Part shown: piece by piece, positions 20,464 to 30,421 of the stretch
Layout: the number at the start of each line of letters is the position of its first letter
Numbering within the stretch: position 1 is the first letter of the stretch
Source: a virus
Lineage: Duplodnaviria > Heunggongvirae > Uroviricota > Caudoviricetes
Virus record (IMG/VR): IMGVR_UViG_2513237368_000009
Strand: one strand, 5' to 3'
DNA length: 64,000 nt
Position numbers and translations under genes: made by a program
The notes under the pieces: generated by a model
Database searches by the model: none
Seen by the model: the letters and a program-made list of their open reading frames with translations, nothing else
What the model was told of the DNA's origin: nothing

Positions 20464-20475
20464 GAGGGTCTTTAG

Positions 20476-20781
20476 ATGATTTGGGATAAGAAAACACCGC
20501 AAGTAAACTCGAACAATATTATCAATATTGACATATGGGTGATGTGTCAGTGGTGTCTTATTGCAGCGGAATCTCACCTATCATACAAGGGAACTAACAT
20601 TAAGAGAGTTGGTCTTGCAGATGTTCTTAATGCGGGAGCGCAAGCAGATATAGGTGAGCCTAACACGGATTACGATAGTCGTATATTGATCTCCGTTAAT
20701 AATCTAAGAGGTAGTTCAAAAATGCGTGATTATGTTGATAAGGAATTGGCGAAAAGTAACATTGAGTTTGAATGGTGGTGA
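20476..20781 (+). CDS. hypothetical protein
   Basis: ORF track. Confidence 0.4.
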   Translation: MIWDKKTPQVNSNNIINIDIWVMCQWCLIAAESHLSYKGTNIKRVGLADVLNAGAQADIGEPNTDYDSRILISVNNLRGSSKMRDYVDKELAKSNIEFEWW

Positions 20782-20789
20782 GATATTAA

Positions 20790-21017
20790 GTGGTTGTGGC
20801 AACTGGAACAAAAGATCATAAACGTGTTTATGTATTAATGAGTAAATTCCATGATTGTCTTGGAATTTATCCAACTTTTGAAAAAGCACGAGAAGCACAG
20901 GGTTCTACCTTCACATTTATAGAGCAAGCTATCGAATATTATGTGAATGGACGCAGAATTGTTGAGGTGGGGAACACGGCAACAGATTGGATAAAGAATG
21001 AGAAAATTGATAATTAA
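20790..21017 (+). CDS. hypothetical protein
   Basis: ORF track. Confidence 0.35.
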   Translation: MVVATGTKDHKRVYVLMSKFHDCLGIYPTFEKAREAQGSTFTFIEQAIEYYVNGRRIVEVGNTATDWIKNEKIDN

Positions 21018-21083
21018 AAATACTATTAATTTAATAGTATACATATTTTAATAATATGAAACACTTAATTGGAGGAATAAATA

Positions 21084-21509
21084 ATGGAAAACAAGTTCAG
21101 AGGTTTAACAAGTAAAGGCAAGATGATTTACGGAGCATTACTATTCAATAGTTTTGGAACTATGTTTATTAGTGAGTTCGGTTCATCTAAGGCAGTGTCA
21201 TATCCTTGGGCTAAACTCAATCCTGTAAAAGTCAAAGCAGCAGATGAGTACACCAAAGTTGATGATAGAGTTGGTATACAAGTCTTTGCTAATGATATTT
21301 TTGGTGTCAAAATTACTGATGAGAATGGTGCTAAAAGAGAATATGGCGTTGTTGAATTAATCAATGGACAATATGGAGTCAAATATAGTAGTGGACTGTT
21401 CTTTTCTGTATGGGATATTGTTCATGGATTAGCCGATTCAGATATGTTGAGCTTTGACCATATGGTAAAGGGTAATATTTATAATAATAGTTATTTATTA
21501 AATAAATAA
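21084..21509 (+). CDS. hypothetical protein
   Basis: ORF track; RBS GGAGGAA. Confidence 0.45.
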   Translation: MENKFRGLTSKGKMIYGALLFNSFGTMFISEFGSSKAVSYPWAKLNPVKVKAADEYTKVDDRVGIQVFANDIFGVKITDENGAKREYGVVELINGQYGVKYSSGLFFSVWDIVHGLADSDMLSFDHMVKGNIYNNSYLLNK

Positions 21510-21523
21510 AAGGGGTATGAACT

Positions 21524-21739
21524 ATGAAACGTAAATACAATATTGGTGATTTAGTGAGAATTACTACAACTGCCAAAGATCCGATGAATTATTTAAGTGG
21601 AACTATTGTTGATATTAGAAGGATAAAGGCTAGTGACGATAATTATATTCAGTATAAAGTCAAGATTCCTACATCATTCGGTTTTCATTTAGGGATATAC
21701 GGTGAAGAAAATTTAATATTTGTAAAGAGAGATGACTGA
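21524..21739 (+). CDS. hypothetical protein
   Basis: ORF track. Confidence 0.4.
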   Translation: MKRKYNIGDLVRITTTAKDPMNYLSGTIVDIRRIKASDDNYIQYKVKIPTSFGFHLGIYGEENLIFVKRDD

Positions 21740-21741
21740 TT

Positions 21742-22038
21742 ATGGTAAAACATGGTGGTACAATTACCTTTGACAAAAGAGAACGGATGATTTTATCTGT
21801 CTCAATGTCGAATAATGAGTTAGCAGAGCTGATTAGATTATCTGCCAGACTGATTATTGAAAATAATGATTCACGGTTTACTGTTATGCAAATTCTTAGT
21901 GGACTTGCTTCAAATTTAGATTTGCAACAAATTAGTTCATATTGTGAACATTGTAAGAATGGCTACCCTACTATGGACTATCAAGGGTTCAAATTCTGTC
22001 CACATTGCGGAAGTAGGCTCTATAAGAAAAATTTGTAA
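21742..22038 (+). CDS. hypothetical protein with C-terminal zinc ribbon
   Basis: CEHCKNG...CPHCGSRL. Confidence 0.4.
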   Translation: MVKHGGTITFDKRERMILSVSMSNNELAELIRLSARLIIENNDSRFTVMQILSGLASNLDLQQISSYCEHCKNGYPTMDYQGFKFCPHCGSRLYKKNL

Positions 22039-22052
22039 TATGAAAAGATTTT

Positions 22053-22072
22053 GATAGTACACATATTGACAT
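22053..22072 (+). promoter_or_regulatory. degenerate motif copy with TTGACA-17-TATACT
   Basis: GATAGTACACATATTGACAT. Confidence 0.5.
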
Positions 22073-22139
22073 ATTATTTGTGTTCCAGTATACTATTATT
22101 CATAGCGATAACGAATCAAAAATATATGGGGGAAAGAAG

Positions 22140-22421
22140 ATGCGTCAATTGCAGAGTGGTAATGCCAATTTTTTAGTTAAAACCGAAAGAGAGTGGGAGT
22201 TGTTAATGAAATTTCTTGAAGAACAAATCGTTGATCGAGTTATTTCTTGGGGGAACAAGTACCGTCCAACAGAAATCAATAATTGGAGCGACTTTGAGGA
22301 AAGAACCGTTGTTACACTTGAACAAGGAAAATTGACTTATGGTCGAATTGAGAATTTGGCTTATCCAACTTTTAGATACAATGGAGATCCATCATTAAAG
22401 ATTTTTGAACTAATTTCATAA
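22140..22421 (+). CDS. hypothetical protein
   Basis: ATG 22140 after GGGGGAAAG; track start 22080 lies in promoter. Confidence 0.4.
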   Translation: MRQLQSGNANFLVKTEREWELLMKFLEEQIVDRVISWGNKYRPTEINNWSDFEERTVVTLEQGKLTYGRIENLAYPTFRYNGDPSLKIFELIS

Positions 22422-22440
22422 TAATCAAGGAGGAACAGAT

Positions 22441-22836
22441 ATGAAAAGTGGTTATGTAACATTTAAAAATGGAGAATATATTCTTGCTACAAAACGAGGG
22501 CAATATGCAATAGAAACAAGTGATGATGGTTATTATCTCACCGATGAGGGTTCTGCTCTATCACGTAATAAAGTATTGTTATTGGATGTAGAAAAGGCAG
22601 CAGAGATTAGTAGGAAAACTGGTGGTAGATTAATTCCTCTTAATACGTCTAAGTTAGTCATGACTTATGGAATTAAATATGGTGAATCTGGTAACTATCC
22701 TACTTCTCCTTTAATAAGAGCTTTGAGAGCTTTCGATGAACTTGAAGAAGAAGAGATTTTAAGATTTTGGGGACATGAAGCTAATAAGATTGCAATAATT
22801 CTTAGAAAAGATTGGAGTAAACATACGGATGAATGA
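22441..22836 (+). CDS. hypothetical protein
   Basis: ORF track; RBS AGGAGG. Confidence 0.45.
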   Translation: MKSGYVTFKNGEYILATKRGQYAIETSDDGYYLTDEGSALSRNKVLLLDVEKAAEISRKTGGRLIPLNTSKLVMTYGIKYGESGNYPTSPLIRALRAFDELEEEEILRFWGHEANKIAIILRKDWSKHTDE

Positions 22837-23176
22837 AAGCAAAGATGAATTATTTTGTGGACATACTCTTAGGGAATCATATTTTGAAGGCTTGATTAGA
22901 GCCAAGGAAGAGTTCGAGAAAAAATATCATAAAGAATTAAAGACTATCATGGAAGATCTGGACTTTAATCTTAAAAAAGGCAAAAAAAGTGTTACGTATT
23001 ATAAAAATAAGGAAGACGAGGAAATTTGTGATTTTCTTTTTGGGAACAAAGGTCTTTTCAACCTGTTTTATGGCAATGTTGCTGAGGTTACCCCTATACC
23101 TGAAATAAATAGAGTTTATATCAGGTATGTTCCAAGAAAAAGTGTAGAGGCAGAGGTTAGAAATAACCTTAATTAA
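22829..23176 (+). CDS. hypothetical protein
   Basis: ORF track. Confidence 0.4.
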   Translation: MNESKDELFCGHTLRESYFEGLIRAKEEFEKKYHKELKTIMEDLDFNLKKGKKSVTYYKNKEDEEICDFLFGNKGLFNLFYGNVAEVTPIPEINRVYIRYVPRKSVEAEVRNNLN

Positions 23177-23194
23177 AAGTAGTAATATTACAAT
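23177..23194 (+). promoter_or_regulatory. degenerate motif copy (AAGTAGTAATATTACAAT)
   Basis: partial consensus. Confidence 0.35.
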
Positions 23195-23351
23195 TTTGTG
23201 GAGGTGAATGGTCATAGTAAAGAATCAGAACGCCCCACCTAATCAATGACTTTTCAAATATGGATCAAGAAAGTCATGTCATCAGAAAATTGGGTGTGAC
23301 TGGATAAGCAAATTAAAATAGCTAATAAAAATTAAGGGAGATATTTATTTA

Positions 23352-24176
23352 ATGGAAAATTTAACAGGACGTTTTGAAGGAAATTATTTCGGATGGATTA
23401 AGGAACAATTGGTATCTGTACCAAAATCAATGTGGACAATGTGGGGATTTGGAGCTGGAATGGAAACCATCCTTTTTCTAACTGGACAAATTCAATTTAT
23501 AACATTTATGGCATTATTAGGGACATTATTCGGTATGGCATGTGTATGTAGTATGGCTTCTGGACACCCAATTAACGGAATGCTGGGTGCTGTGAGTGTA
23601 ATAGCATATATTACTGTAAATTTACCAGCACATCATTACTTTAGCGTTTTAGACCAGTTGTTCTTCCTATTCTTAATTGATATTCCCCTAATGCTGAAAT
23701 GGCGCACATGGGGTCGTGGAGATAATTCAGAAATTAAAAATCTAATTGATGTTGATAGTCTTAAAAACACATTTTCAACAGGAGAATCAAAATTTGGTAA
23801 AAAGATTCTATCTATTATCAAAAATATTTTTAAGGCATTCTGGAAATATTTACTAGTTATTATTGCAGTATTAGCGTTGTGGTTTGCATTATATCACATT
23901 GGACATTTACGAATTATGAATGATTACAATGTATATTGGGATTCTTTGGCACTCGCAATTGGAGCAGTTGCTTCTGTATTATGCTTTACACGTTATACTC
24001 AAACATATACTTTATGGTTAGTGTCTGACGCTGTTAATATAGCTCTTTGGTTTTACGCTTTGAAAGACGGTTACTCACAAGCAGCATTGCCAATGTTGGC
24101 TATGACATTATTCTATACAGCTTCAGCGGTATATGGTAGATTCTTTGCAATATGGAATGGTAAAAAGCAAAAATAA
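23352..24176 (+). CDS. polytopic membrane protein, PnuC-like nicotinamide riboside transporter (tentative)
   Basis: about 7 TM helices, W-rich loops (LMLKWRTWGRG), size 274 aa. Confidence 0.35.
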   Translation: MENLTGRFEGNYFGWIKEQLVSVPKSMWTMWGFGAGMETILFLTGQIQFITFMALLGTLFGMACVCSMASGHPINGMLGAVSVIAYITVNLPAHHYFSVLDQLFFLFLIDIPLMLKWRTWGRGDNSEIKNLIDVDSLKNTFSTGESKFGKKILSIIKNIFKAFWKYLLVIIAVLALWFALYHIGHLRIMNDYNVYWDSLALAIGAVASVLCFTRYTQTYTLWLVSDAVNIALWFYALKDGYSQAALPMLAMTLFYTASAVYGRFFAIWNGKKQK

Positions 24177-24242
24177 TCTTGTAGTAAAATTTGAATCATG
24201 TTATCCTAAATACATTCAAATAAAATCTATTTGAACACTGCT

Positions 24243-24273
24243 ACCATTGGTCTGAACAGCCAATGGTTTTTTT
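24243..24273 (+). terminator. rho-independent terminator CCATTGG..CCAATGG + T7
   Basis: seen directly. Confidence 0.6.
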
Positions 24274-24285
24274 ATTGTCAAATTT

Positions 24286-24306
24286 TAATAGTAGTAAATT
24301 TGACAT
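24286..24306 (+). promoter_or_regulatory. conserved motif copy with TTGACA-17-TATACT
   Basis: TAATAGTAGTAAATTTGACAT. Confidence 0.55.
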
Positions 24307-24357
24307 TTAAAAGATGACGAGTTATACTTTGAAAGTAGTAAAATAAAGGAGGGAAAC

Positions 24358-24900
24358 ATGAAAAGGTTTATTGTATTCATTACAATAACATTGTTAATCG
24401 GTGTTTCATTTATTGGAATAAAGCAGCACATCATTAGTGATAGTAGTAATATTACAATTGTCAAGAAAAAGTACAGAAATATCACGAAAGTGTCTAGCAA
24501 CAATAAAGCGAGATACGAAGAGATCGAAAGAGAAGAGAGTATTAAAAATGCTCATGATGAGTCAATTTTAAGATATGCTCATGAAGTCGAAAATTTAGAC
24601 ATGAATACTCTAAACCGAAGATTTCATTCCTCTTGGAGCAATGACGATATGGGACTGGTTGGTTACATGATGAATCGAATAGGATATAGAAACTTCAACT
24701 TGTCTTCATTCATCAAAGGTGGTCAACTAATCTTTTACAGCCAATCAGACGTTGGTGATATTTATGTTTATGGAAGCCAAGAGAATCCACAATATTTAGC
24801 AATGAAAATGGATGGAGACAATGTACTAATGTTAGTCTCTGGAAAAATTAAGATAGTGGACAGTAATGTAGTTCCGAACGAAGTAATCAAATTAAATTAA
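24358..24900 (+). CDS. hypothetical protein with N-terminal TM/signal anchor
   Basis: ORF track; AGGAGGG RBS. Confidence 0.45.
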   Translation: MKRFIVFITITLLIGVSFIGIKQHIISDSSNITIVKKKYRNITKVSSNNKARYEEIEREESIKNAHDESILRYAHEVENLDMNTLNRRFHSSWSNDDMGLVGYMMNRIGYRNFNLSSFIKGGQLIFYSQSDVGDIYVYGSQENPQYLAMKMDGDNVLMLVSGKIKIVDSNVVPNEVIKLN

Positions 24901-24914
24901 AGGAAGGTATAGAT

Positions 24915-25502
24915 ATGAATATCAAAAATGTATTAGGTAAAGCACAGGCAATTACAGGAAAGCGTGGTACAGGCAAGACTACAAAATTGATTGAATTAGT
25001 CAATAAACACGTAAAGCAAGAAGGATTAAATTACATCATTCTTACTTCTGACAGACCTATGGCGGATTCATTAGAGAGAAGAATAAACTCCTCTAATGAT
25101 GAATGGCACGAATATAAGATTTTAACTCTAAATGATTTTGTTGGAACTGTTGTACCGTCTGGGATAGAAAACATTGATATTTATATTGATGAAATTAATC
25201 TCATGGAAGTCGAGCTTTTATACAGACTTTTCAAAAAGTTGCCACCACTTTCTAGAATTATGGCATACACATATGATGACCCAGAGCCAATCGTGACAAA
25301 TAGGAAAGAAGACAATGAGATCACATTCCTTCTTAAAGTTCCACACGTCAACGACATGTATTACGCATTGCAACCAGATGGAGAAGTAATTGCGACAGAG
25401 TTAAATAGTTTCAGAAATTGCCTATATGAGTTTACGCAAAATGAGATTCACAATCATGGACTTGACAATGATTATGTCAAACAGATAGCAATTATCAAAT
25501 GA
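24915..25502 (+). CDS. P-loop NTPase, hypothetical
   Basis: Walker A AITGKRGTGKTTKL. Confidence 0.45.
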   Translation: MNIKNVLGKAQAITGKRGTGKTTKLIELVNKHVKQEGLNYIILTSDRPMADSLERRINSSNDEWHEYKILTLNDFVGTVVPSGIENIDIYIDEINLMEVELLYRLFKKLPPLSRIMAYTYDDPEPIVTNRKEDNEITFLLKVPHVNDMYYALQPDGEVIATELNSFRNCLYEFTQNEIHNHGLDNDYVKQIAIIK

Positions 25503-25590
25503 TAAAACTCATATTTTATCTAGAATGAAGAAAACCGCTGCTGGATTAAGTGCGTGCATAGTATAATAGCATTACAAAGGGGTTGACGAA

Positions 25591-25833
25591 ATGGACGAAT
25601 TAGACAAGTTGATTGAACAATTTAATAATTTACGTGGTAATGATGCTGACAACGGTTATTATCTAACCGCTAATAGACGTGGGAATACTGTACAAATTAG
25701 GGACTCATTAACATTGCTAATGACTGTATCTTATGGTGGTTTGGAAATATATGGTTTAGTTGAATTTCTTGATAGAGATGAAACTGTACTAATTGGGAAA
25801 ATGGTTGAGGAATGTATAGAAATGAATAATTAA
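25591..25833 (+). CDS. hypothetical protein
   Basis: ORF track. Confidence 0.4.
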   Translation: MDELDKLIEQFNNLRGNDADNGYYLTANRRGNTVQIRDSLTLLMTVSYGGLEIYGLVEFLDRDETVLIGKMVEECIEMNN

Positions 25834-25847
25834 AAAAGGGGTAAGGT

Positions 25848-26891
25848 ATGGTAGAAAAATTAGAATTAAAGAAAGTGAAGAAACATGTTAAGAGTGTATC
25901 TCTTGCATATGATTTATTATCTTCAAGAGAATGGACACCTTCAAAAATGTTCAATTTCTTGTATATGAAAGATAAGAACGAGTACACAGAGCAAGAGAAA
26001 GAACAGATTAAGAATTTACTTAGTCCAAACTTTACTCCAACTCTAAGTGATTATTACAATATCGGAAGATACGTTAAGCAATTATTTGAGCAAGATGGTT
26101 ATCCACCACTCCAACAAGCTTATGTTGCGTCTACCGATATTGTTATTAGTAGAGAATACATTGCCAGAGAACATAGTTTCAAGTTACAAGTTGAGATAGA
26201 TTCAATCAAATATGAAATGAGAATAGGTATAAAAATTGTCACGGATTCAGATTATTTTGATGAATATGGATATTTTGTTATCAAACCTTCAGTTAAAACG
26301 AAGGATAGGAACAAAGATCTGCATTACAGAATAACCATATTTAATGTGGTCAATTTATCTGAGTGGGACAAGGACAATAAAGAAAAAACAAAGCGAGAGA
26401 TATTTGATAAATATGACGAACTAAGACATAGCTATTCATATTTCAATCTTCTTAGTAAATGGAGATGGAGTAATAAAATGCTGCAAGGTTCAAAGGGATA
26501 TTCTAAAGAGTTTTACTCAATAGCTAAACAAGTCAAAATACCTTTTTATAGTAAATTTCTTGCAATATTTAGATTCAATATTTTCGCATTTCTGTTCCCT
26601 AGCAGCAATCTTTCAAAATTGTACAAAAGGGGACAGGATATCTTAGCTGAACACAAAGAAGATTACACTGATTGTAGATATTATTGCAATGATATTTCAT
26701 TAAGTCCTTATGTACAGAAGATATCTGATTTACCTAAATCGTTTAAGAAGATTGTCACTAGTGATGCAAAGTATGAGAAAATAGTTGATAGTTATTTAAA
26801 TAAGTTTGAAGATATATTTGAAAAATTATTGGATAACCAAAACGTTTATTTGATACTAGATTCTATTGAATTGAAAGGAGAGAAAGCGTAA
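25848..26891 (+). CDS. hypothetical protein
   Basis: ORF track. Confidence 0.45.
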   Translation: MVEKLELKKVKKHVKSVSLAYDLLSSREWTPSKMFNFLYMKDKNEYTEQEKEQIKNLLSPNFTPTLSDYYNIGRYVKQLFEQDGYPPLQQAYVASTDIVISREYIAREHSFKLQVEIDSIKYEMRIGIKIVTDSDYFDEYGYFVIKPSVKTKDRNKDLHYRITIFNVVNLSEWDKDNKEKTKREIFDKYDELRHSYSYFNLLSKWRWSNKMLQGSKGYSKEFYSIAKQVKIPFYSKFLAIFRFNIFAFLFPSSNLSKLYKRGQDILAEHKEDYTDCRYYCNDISLSPYVQKISDLPKSFKKIVTSDAKYEKIVDSYLNKFEDIFEKLLDNQNVYLILDSIELKGEKA

Positions 26892-27190
26892 TGAGTATTT
26901 TTAATTTTAAGAAAAAGAAGGAAGAAGTGAAACCTAAAGTTAAAACTGGTTTAATTCCAGCAGACAAAGCAAAAGAAATTCTTAATAAAGCCAATAGTTT
27001 AGAAAAATTAACAAAAAAAGACATTGAACTTATTAACGACAGAATAAAGAATCATGCAAAAACTGGTTCAAATAAATTTAGTCTTTTCTATGATACAACT
27101 GAATGTCCTCTTGAAGTGGCTATTTTTGAATTGGAGAAAGCTGGCTATAAAGCTACATTTTGTGAGAGGTATACAGACTTTACTTTTTAG
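26891..27190 (+). CDS. hypothetical protein
   Basis: ORF track. Confidence 0.4.
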   Translation: MSIFNFKKKKEEVKPKVKTGLIPADKAKEILNKANSLEKLTKKDIELINDRIKNHAKTGSNKFSLFYDTTECPLEVAIFELEKAGYKATFCERYTDFTF

Positions 27191-27214
27191 GAGGAATGAG
27201 GAATGGAATTTATT

Positions 27215-28680
27215 TATTTATAGGGTCGGTAACTAAGAAAACTTATGCTTTTAATCGTAAGATGAATTAGTGCCTTGACCGACCAGAATTGTATTCTGTT
27301 ACTTGGTTCTCAATATGCTGAAATTTTGGAGAAAAGCTTGACATCAAAGGAGGTGAACCTGAATGTATCAAGGCCTTAAACTACGGATATATCCTAATTT
27401 AGAACAACAAAAACAAATAGTTGAGAACTTTGGGGCAACTAGATTTGTTTGGAATCAGATGTTGGATATGCAAAGCAAGCGTTATAAAAATAATAAAGAT
27501 TCTAAGTTCTTAAATGGTTTTGCAATGAACTTCTTATTAAGGCAATTAAAAACAGAATATCCATGGTTAAAACAAGCTGAGAGCACCTCACTACAAGACA
27601 CTTGTGAAACTCTAGCTGTAGCTTTCCAAAGATTTTTTAAGAAGCTTGGGGGATATCCTAAATTTAAGTCGCGAAAATTTCCAAAGCAAAGTTTTAAATC
27701 TAAATGTATAAATAACAATGTTAGATTGATTGATAATCATTATTTGAAGCTGCCTAAATTAGGCATTATGAAGTACAGAGGGAAATTCACTGATGACAAA
27801 ATCAAGTCAACGACTATCCAGTTAAGTCCAACAGGCAAGTTCTATTGCGTTTTACTAATTGAGTGTGAAAATCAAACACAATTTAGTAAGACAAATAAAA
27901 CTGTCGGTTTGGATATGGGGATAGCTGATTTAATAATTACATCAGATGCTGTTAAATATCCGACAATTAGGTTTGATCAGATTCTTGCTAAGAAGAAACA
28001 CTATTGGGAAAAACGACTAGCTAGAAGAAGGCTATTAGCACAAAAAGAAATAGCTTGGGATAAACACAACAAAGTCGTTGAACCTAGAGAACTAGCCAAC
28101 TTTAAGAACTATACCAAGGCTAAACAGATGGTCGCTAAATATAGTGAAAAGATAGCTAACCAGAGGAAAGATTATCTTCATAAGATTACAATTGGGTTAG
28201 TTAAAGACTATGACAAAATAGTGATTGAAGATTTGAAAACTAATAATATGATTAAGAATCACAAATTAGCCAGAGCAATCGCTAACCAATCTTGGAGAAT
28301 GCTTAGACTAATGTTGGAATATAAGTGCAAATGGTATGGCAAAGTCCTTAGTGTGGTTAATCCATACAAGACTAGTCAACTCTGCTTTAATTGTGGATAT
28401 GATGATGGTAAACACGAACTAGATATTCGTGCTTGGACTTGTCCTCAATGCCATACACAGCTAGATAGAGATGTAAACGCAAGTAAAAATATATTAAAAC
28501 TTGGTTTGGGCTAAACCTTAGTAAATAGAGTAAACCGCTGTCGAATACTGAAATGTATGAGATAAGTTATGCTTGTTCCTAGAAGCTCGGTACTTTAGTG
28601 CCGACGTAAGTCACACAACAATGAGTACAAGGTTTTCGATACAGCGGGTACAAAATTACCAGAGGGTGACGAGTTTATCA
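27215..28680 (+). mobile_element. IS200/IS605-family element carrying tnpB only (IS1341-like); ends approximate
   Basis: left subterminal hairpin GGTCGGT...ACCGACC (27223-27284); similar TAGTGCC..CCGAC at right end; omegaRNA-like structured 3' region 28515-28680. Confidence 0.5.
27363..28514 (+). CDS. tnpB: TnpB (OrfB) RuvC-like RNA-guided nuclease of IS200/IS605 family
   Basis: N-terminal LKLRIYPNLEQQKQIVENFGATRFVWNQ; C-terminal zinc finger CFNCGY...CPQCHTQLDRDVNASKNIL. Confidence 0.7.
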   Translation: MYQGLKLRIYPNLEQQKQIVENFGATRFVWNQMLDMQSKRYKNNKDSKFLNGFAMNFLLRQLKTEYPWLKQAESTSLQDTCETLAVAFQRFFKKLGGYPKFKSRKFPKQSFKSKCINNNVRLIDNHYLKLPKLGIMKYRGKFTDDKIKSTTIQLSPTGKFYCVLLIECENQTQFSKTNKTVGLDMGIADLIITSDAVKYPTIRFDQILAKKKHYWEKRLARRRLLAQKEIAWDKHNKVVEPRELANFKNYTKAKQMVAKYSEKIANQRKDYLHKITIGLVKDYDKIVIEDLKTNNMIKNHKLARAIANQSWRMLRLMLEYKCKWYGKVLSVVNPYKTSQLCFNCGYDDGKHELDIRAWTCPQCHTQLDRDVNASKNILKLGLG

Positions 28681-28682
28681 CC

Positions 28683-29141
28683 ATGCGCAATCAAATATTA
28701 GATTGGTATTTTTCTGACGATAAGAGTATATTATCCTACATTCATTCAGATAATGCAGATGAAGAGGTTGTTAATGAACTGTATATGAGCTTTGAAAGAA
28801 GATATCGTTTGTCTGATATTATTAATGAATTGCCACAGGATATCATATCTAAGGAAGACACTTATCCTCAATGGGTAGTAAGTGCTGTTAATGACAATGT
28901 AATGGAAAAGATTTGGTATCAAGATGATTACAACGAGATCATTGAGGAAACTAAGGAAAGCAAGGATTACAAAAAGGGTTATGACTCCTTAGTAAATCTA
29001 TTCAAGGAGGAACTCAACGAGAACGAATACAGTGCTGAAAACATTGGTTATCCTAAGAAGATAAACAGTATACAAGAATATGAAAAAGAACATCCATATT
29101 GTTTTATGACTATTGTTGCTCCCCAGAAACGTTCTAGATAA
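28683..29141 (+). CDS. hypothetical protein
   Basis: ORF track. Confidence 0.4.
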   Translation: MRNQILDWYFSDDKSILSYIHSDNADEEVVNELYMSFERRYRLSDIINELPQDIISKEDTYPQWVVSAVNDNVMEKIWYQDDYNEIIEETKESKDYKKGYDSLVNLFKEELNENEYSAENIGYPKKINSIQEYEKEHPYCFMTIVAPQKRSR

Positions 29142-29149
29142 ATATGAAC

Positions 29150-29169
29150 AATAGTAGTAATATTGACAT
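29150..29169 (+). promoter_or_regulatory. conserved motif copy with TTGACA-17-TATTGT
   Basis: AATAGTAGTAATATTGACAT. Confidence 0.55.
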
Positions 29170-29187
29170 ATTAGTTAAATTATAGTA

Positions 29188-29505
29188 TTGTTATTTATGA
29201 TAAAAATAAAGGGGCGTGATAACAGAGTGGATAGTCAAAAATTTATTAAGGCATGTAAGAGGTTGGTGGTAAGTTATACTAATGAACATTTAGACATTAC
29301 AAATCAGACCTTAGTTGGCGAATCAGATGTGTACGTTGTTTGGTCATCTAAAACATTGCAAAATAGCAAGGCGTGTTTAAGTACGAGATTACTTGATGAA
29401 ATGTACTATGAAATAACCTACAACGGAGATAGGAAGGAATTATATTTTGATGCCTATAAGAAATTTGAAAATAGAAAGATTGATGTTGATTTTGAGGAGG
29501 ACTAA
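29188..29505 (+). CDS. hypothetical protein
   Basis: ORF track. Confidence 0.4.
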   Translation: MLFMIKIKGRDNRVDSQKFIKACKRLVVSYTNEHLDITNQTLVGESDVYVVWSSKTLQNSKACLSTRLLDEMYYEITYNGDRKELYFDAYKKFENRKIDVDFEED

Positions 29506-29508
29506 CAA

Positions 29509-29754
29509 GTGAAAGCTAAAGAAACAGTAAACATTATTGCGGGCATTCTTGGACTAAAAGATGTCTCTGATGATGCAAAAATTGAAACAATCAAGAACGT
29601 AGTTGGGGACAATCGTGTCCCTATCATGACTCATGACGGGTATGTTAAAGATATCCGAGAAAAATTCCCTAATAAAGTATGGAGTGACAAGGACTTTGAA
29701 GTTACCAATAGAGGAATCATTAACCAAGAGAAAGCAATGCTAGGAGGAAAATAA
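29509..29754 (+). CDS. hypothetical protein
   Basis: ORF track (GTG start). Confidence 0.35.
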   Translation: MKAKETVNIIAGILGLKDVSDDAKIETIKNVVGDNRVPIMTHDGYVKDIREKFPNKVWSDKDFEVTNRGIINQEKAMLGGK

Positions 29755-29755
29755 G

Positions 29756-30145
29756 ATGATACGAAAGACTTTGATACCACGAGAAGAGTTCATAGCAAGA
29801 ATCCTCAACGATGAAGACACATATAGTTTCAATGAAGCTATTGGTCTTCTAGCTGAATTAAAGCCAGATCCAGAAAAGCTATTCTTTGAAGGTGAGAAAA
29901 CTACACAATTAATGTGGAGTGATTATCATAAATGTGTAACAGTTGATAGTATGCCACTTGATTATGATACTTTGAAGACCGCAATGCCGTTATCTGATAT
30001 TGAGAACCCTTGGACAGCTCAACGTATTGGTACACAAGAAGAGATTGAGGAACTAATGAAAGATCCAGCTTGGATTAGAGAACAGGCTGCATCATTTGGC
30101 GCTTGCATGGGTGAAGTCATGGAACAGAATAGTAATCAAGATTAA
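29756..30145 (+). CDS. hypothetical protein
   Basis: ORF track. Confidence 0.4.
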   Translation: MIRKTLIPREEFIARILNDEDTYSFNEAIGLLAELKPDPEKLFFEGEKTTQLMWSDYHKCVTVDSMPLDYDTLKTAMPLSDIENPWTAQRIGTQEEIEELMKDPAWIREQAASFGACMGEVMEQNSNQD

Positions 30146-30166
30146 TTATGAAAGAAGGCTGAACTC

Positions 30167-30421
30167 ATGGAGAAGAAGATTCTTACAGCAACAGTTATAC
30201 AGATTGATGACAATAAAGATGAAACTTTTAAGATAAAGTTTGATAAAGACGCAAACCAACATGAATGTGAAGTAGTCGTAATAAGAGCTTTGCAACTATT
30301 GCTCAACAAATTTGTTGACGATTCAGGATTGGATTTTGAAGAAGCTCTAAAGATATATTCTAATTCAATTGTAGCTCATTTGGGCGCATTGCATGATATG
30401 GACGAAAGCAGAAAGGGGTGA
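30167..30421 (+). CDS. hypothetical protein
   Basis: ORF track. Confidence 0.4.
   Translation: MEKKILTATVIQIDDNKDETFKIKFDKDANQHECEVVVIRALQLLLNKFVDDSGLDFEEALKIYSNSIVAHLGALHDMDESRKG

Noticed and set aside
22080-22139. Track start of ORF 22080..22421
   Set aside because: Those codons lie inside the TTGACA..TATACT promoter; ATG 22140 with an upstream GGGGGAAAG is the better start.
27054-27236. Track ORF 27054..27236 (+)
   Set aside because: It overlaps the 3' end of the upstream gene and runs into the IS left-end hairpin; no RBS.
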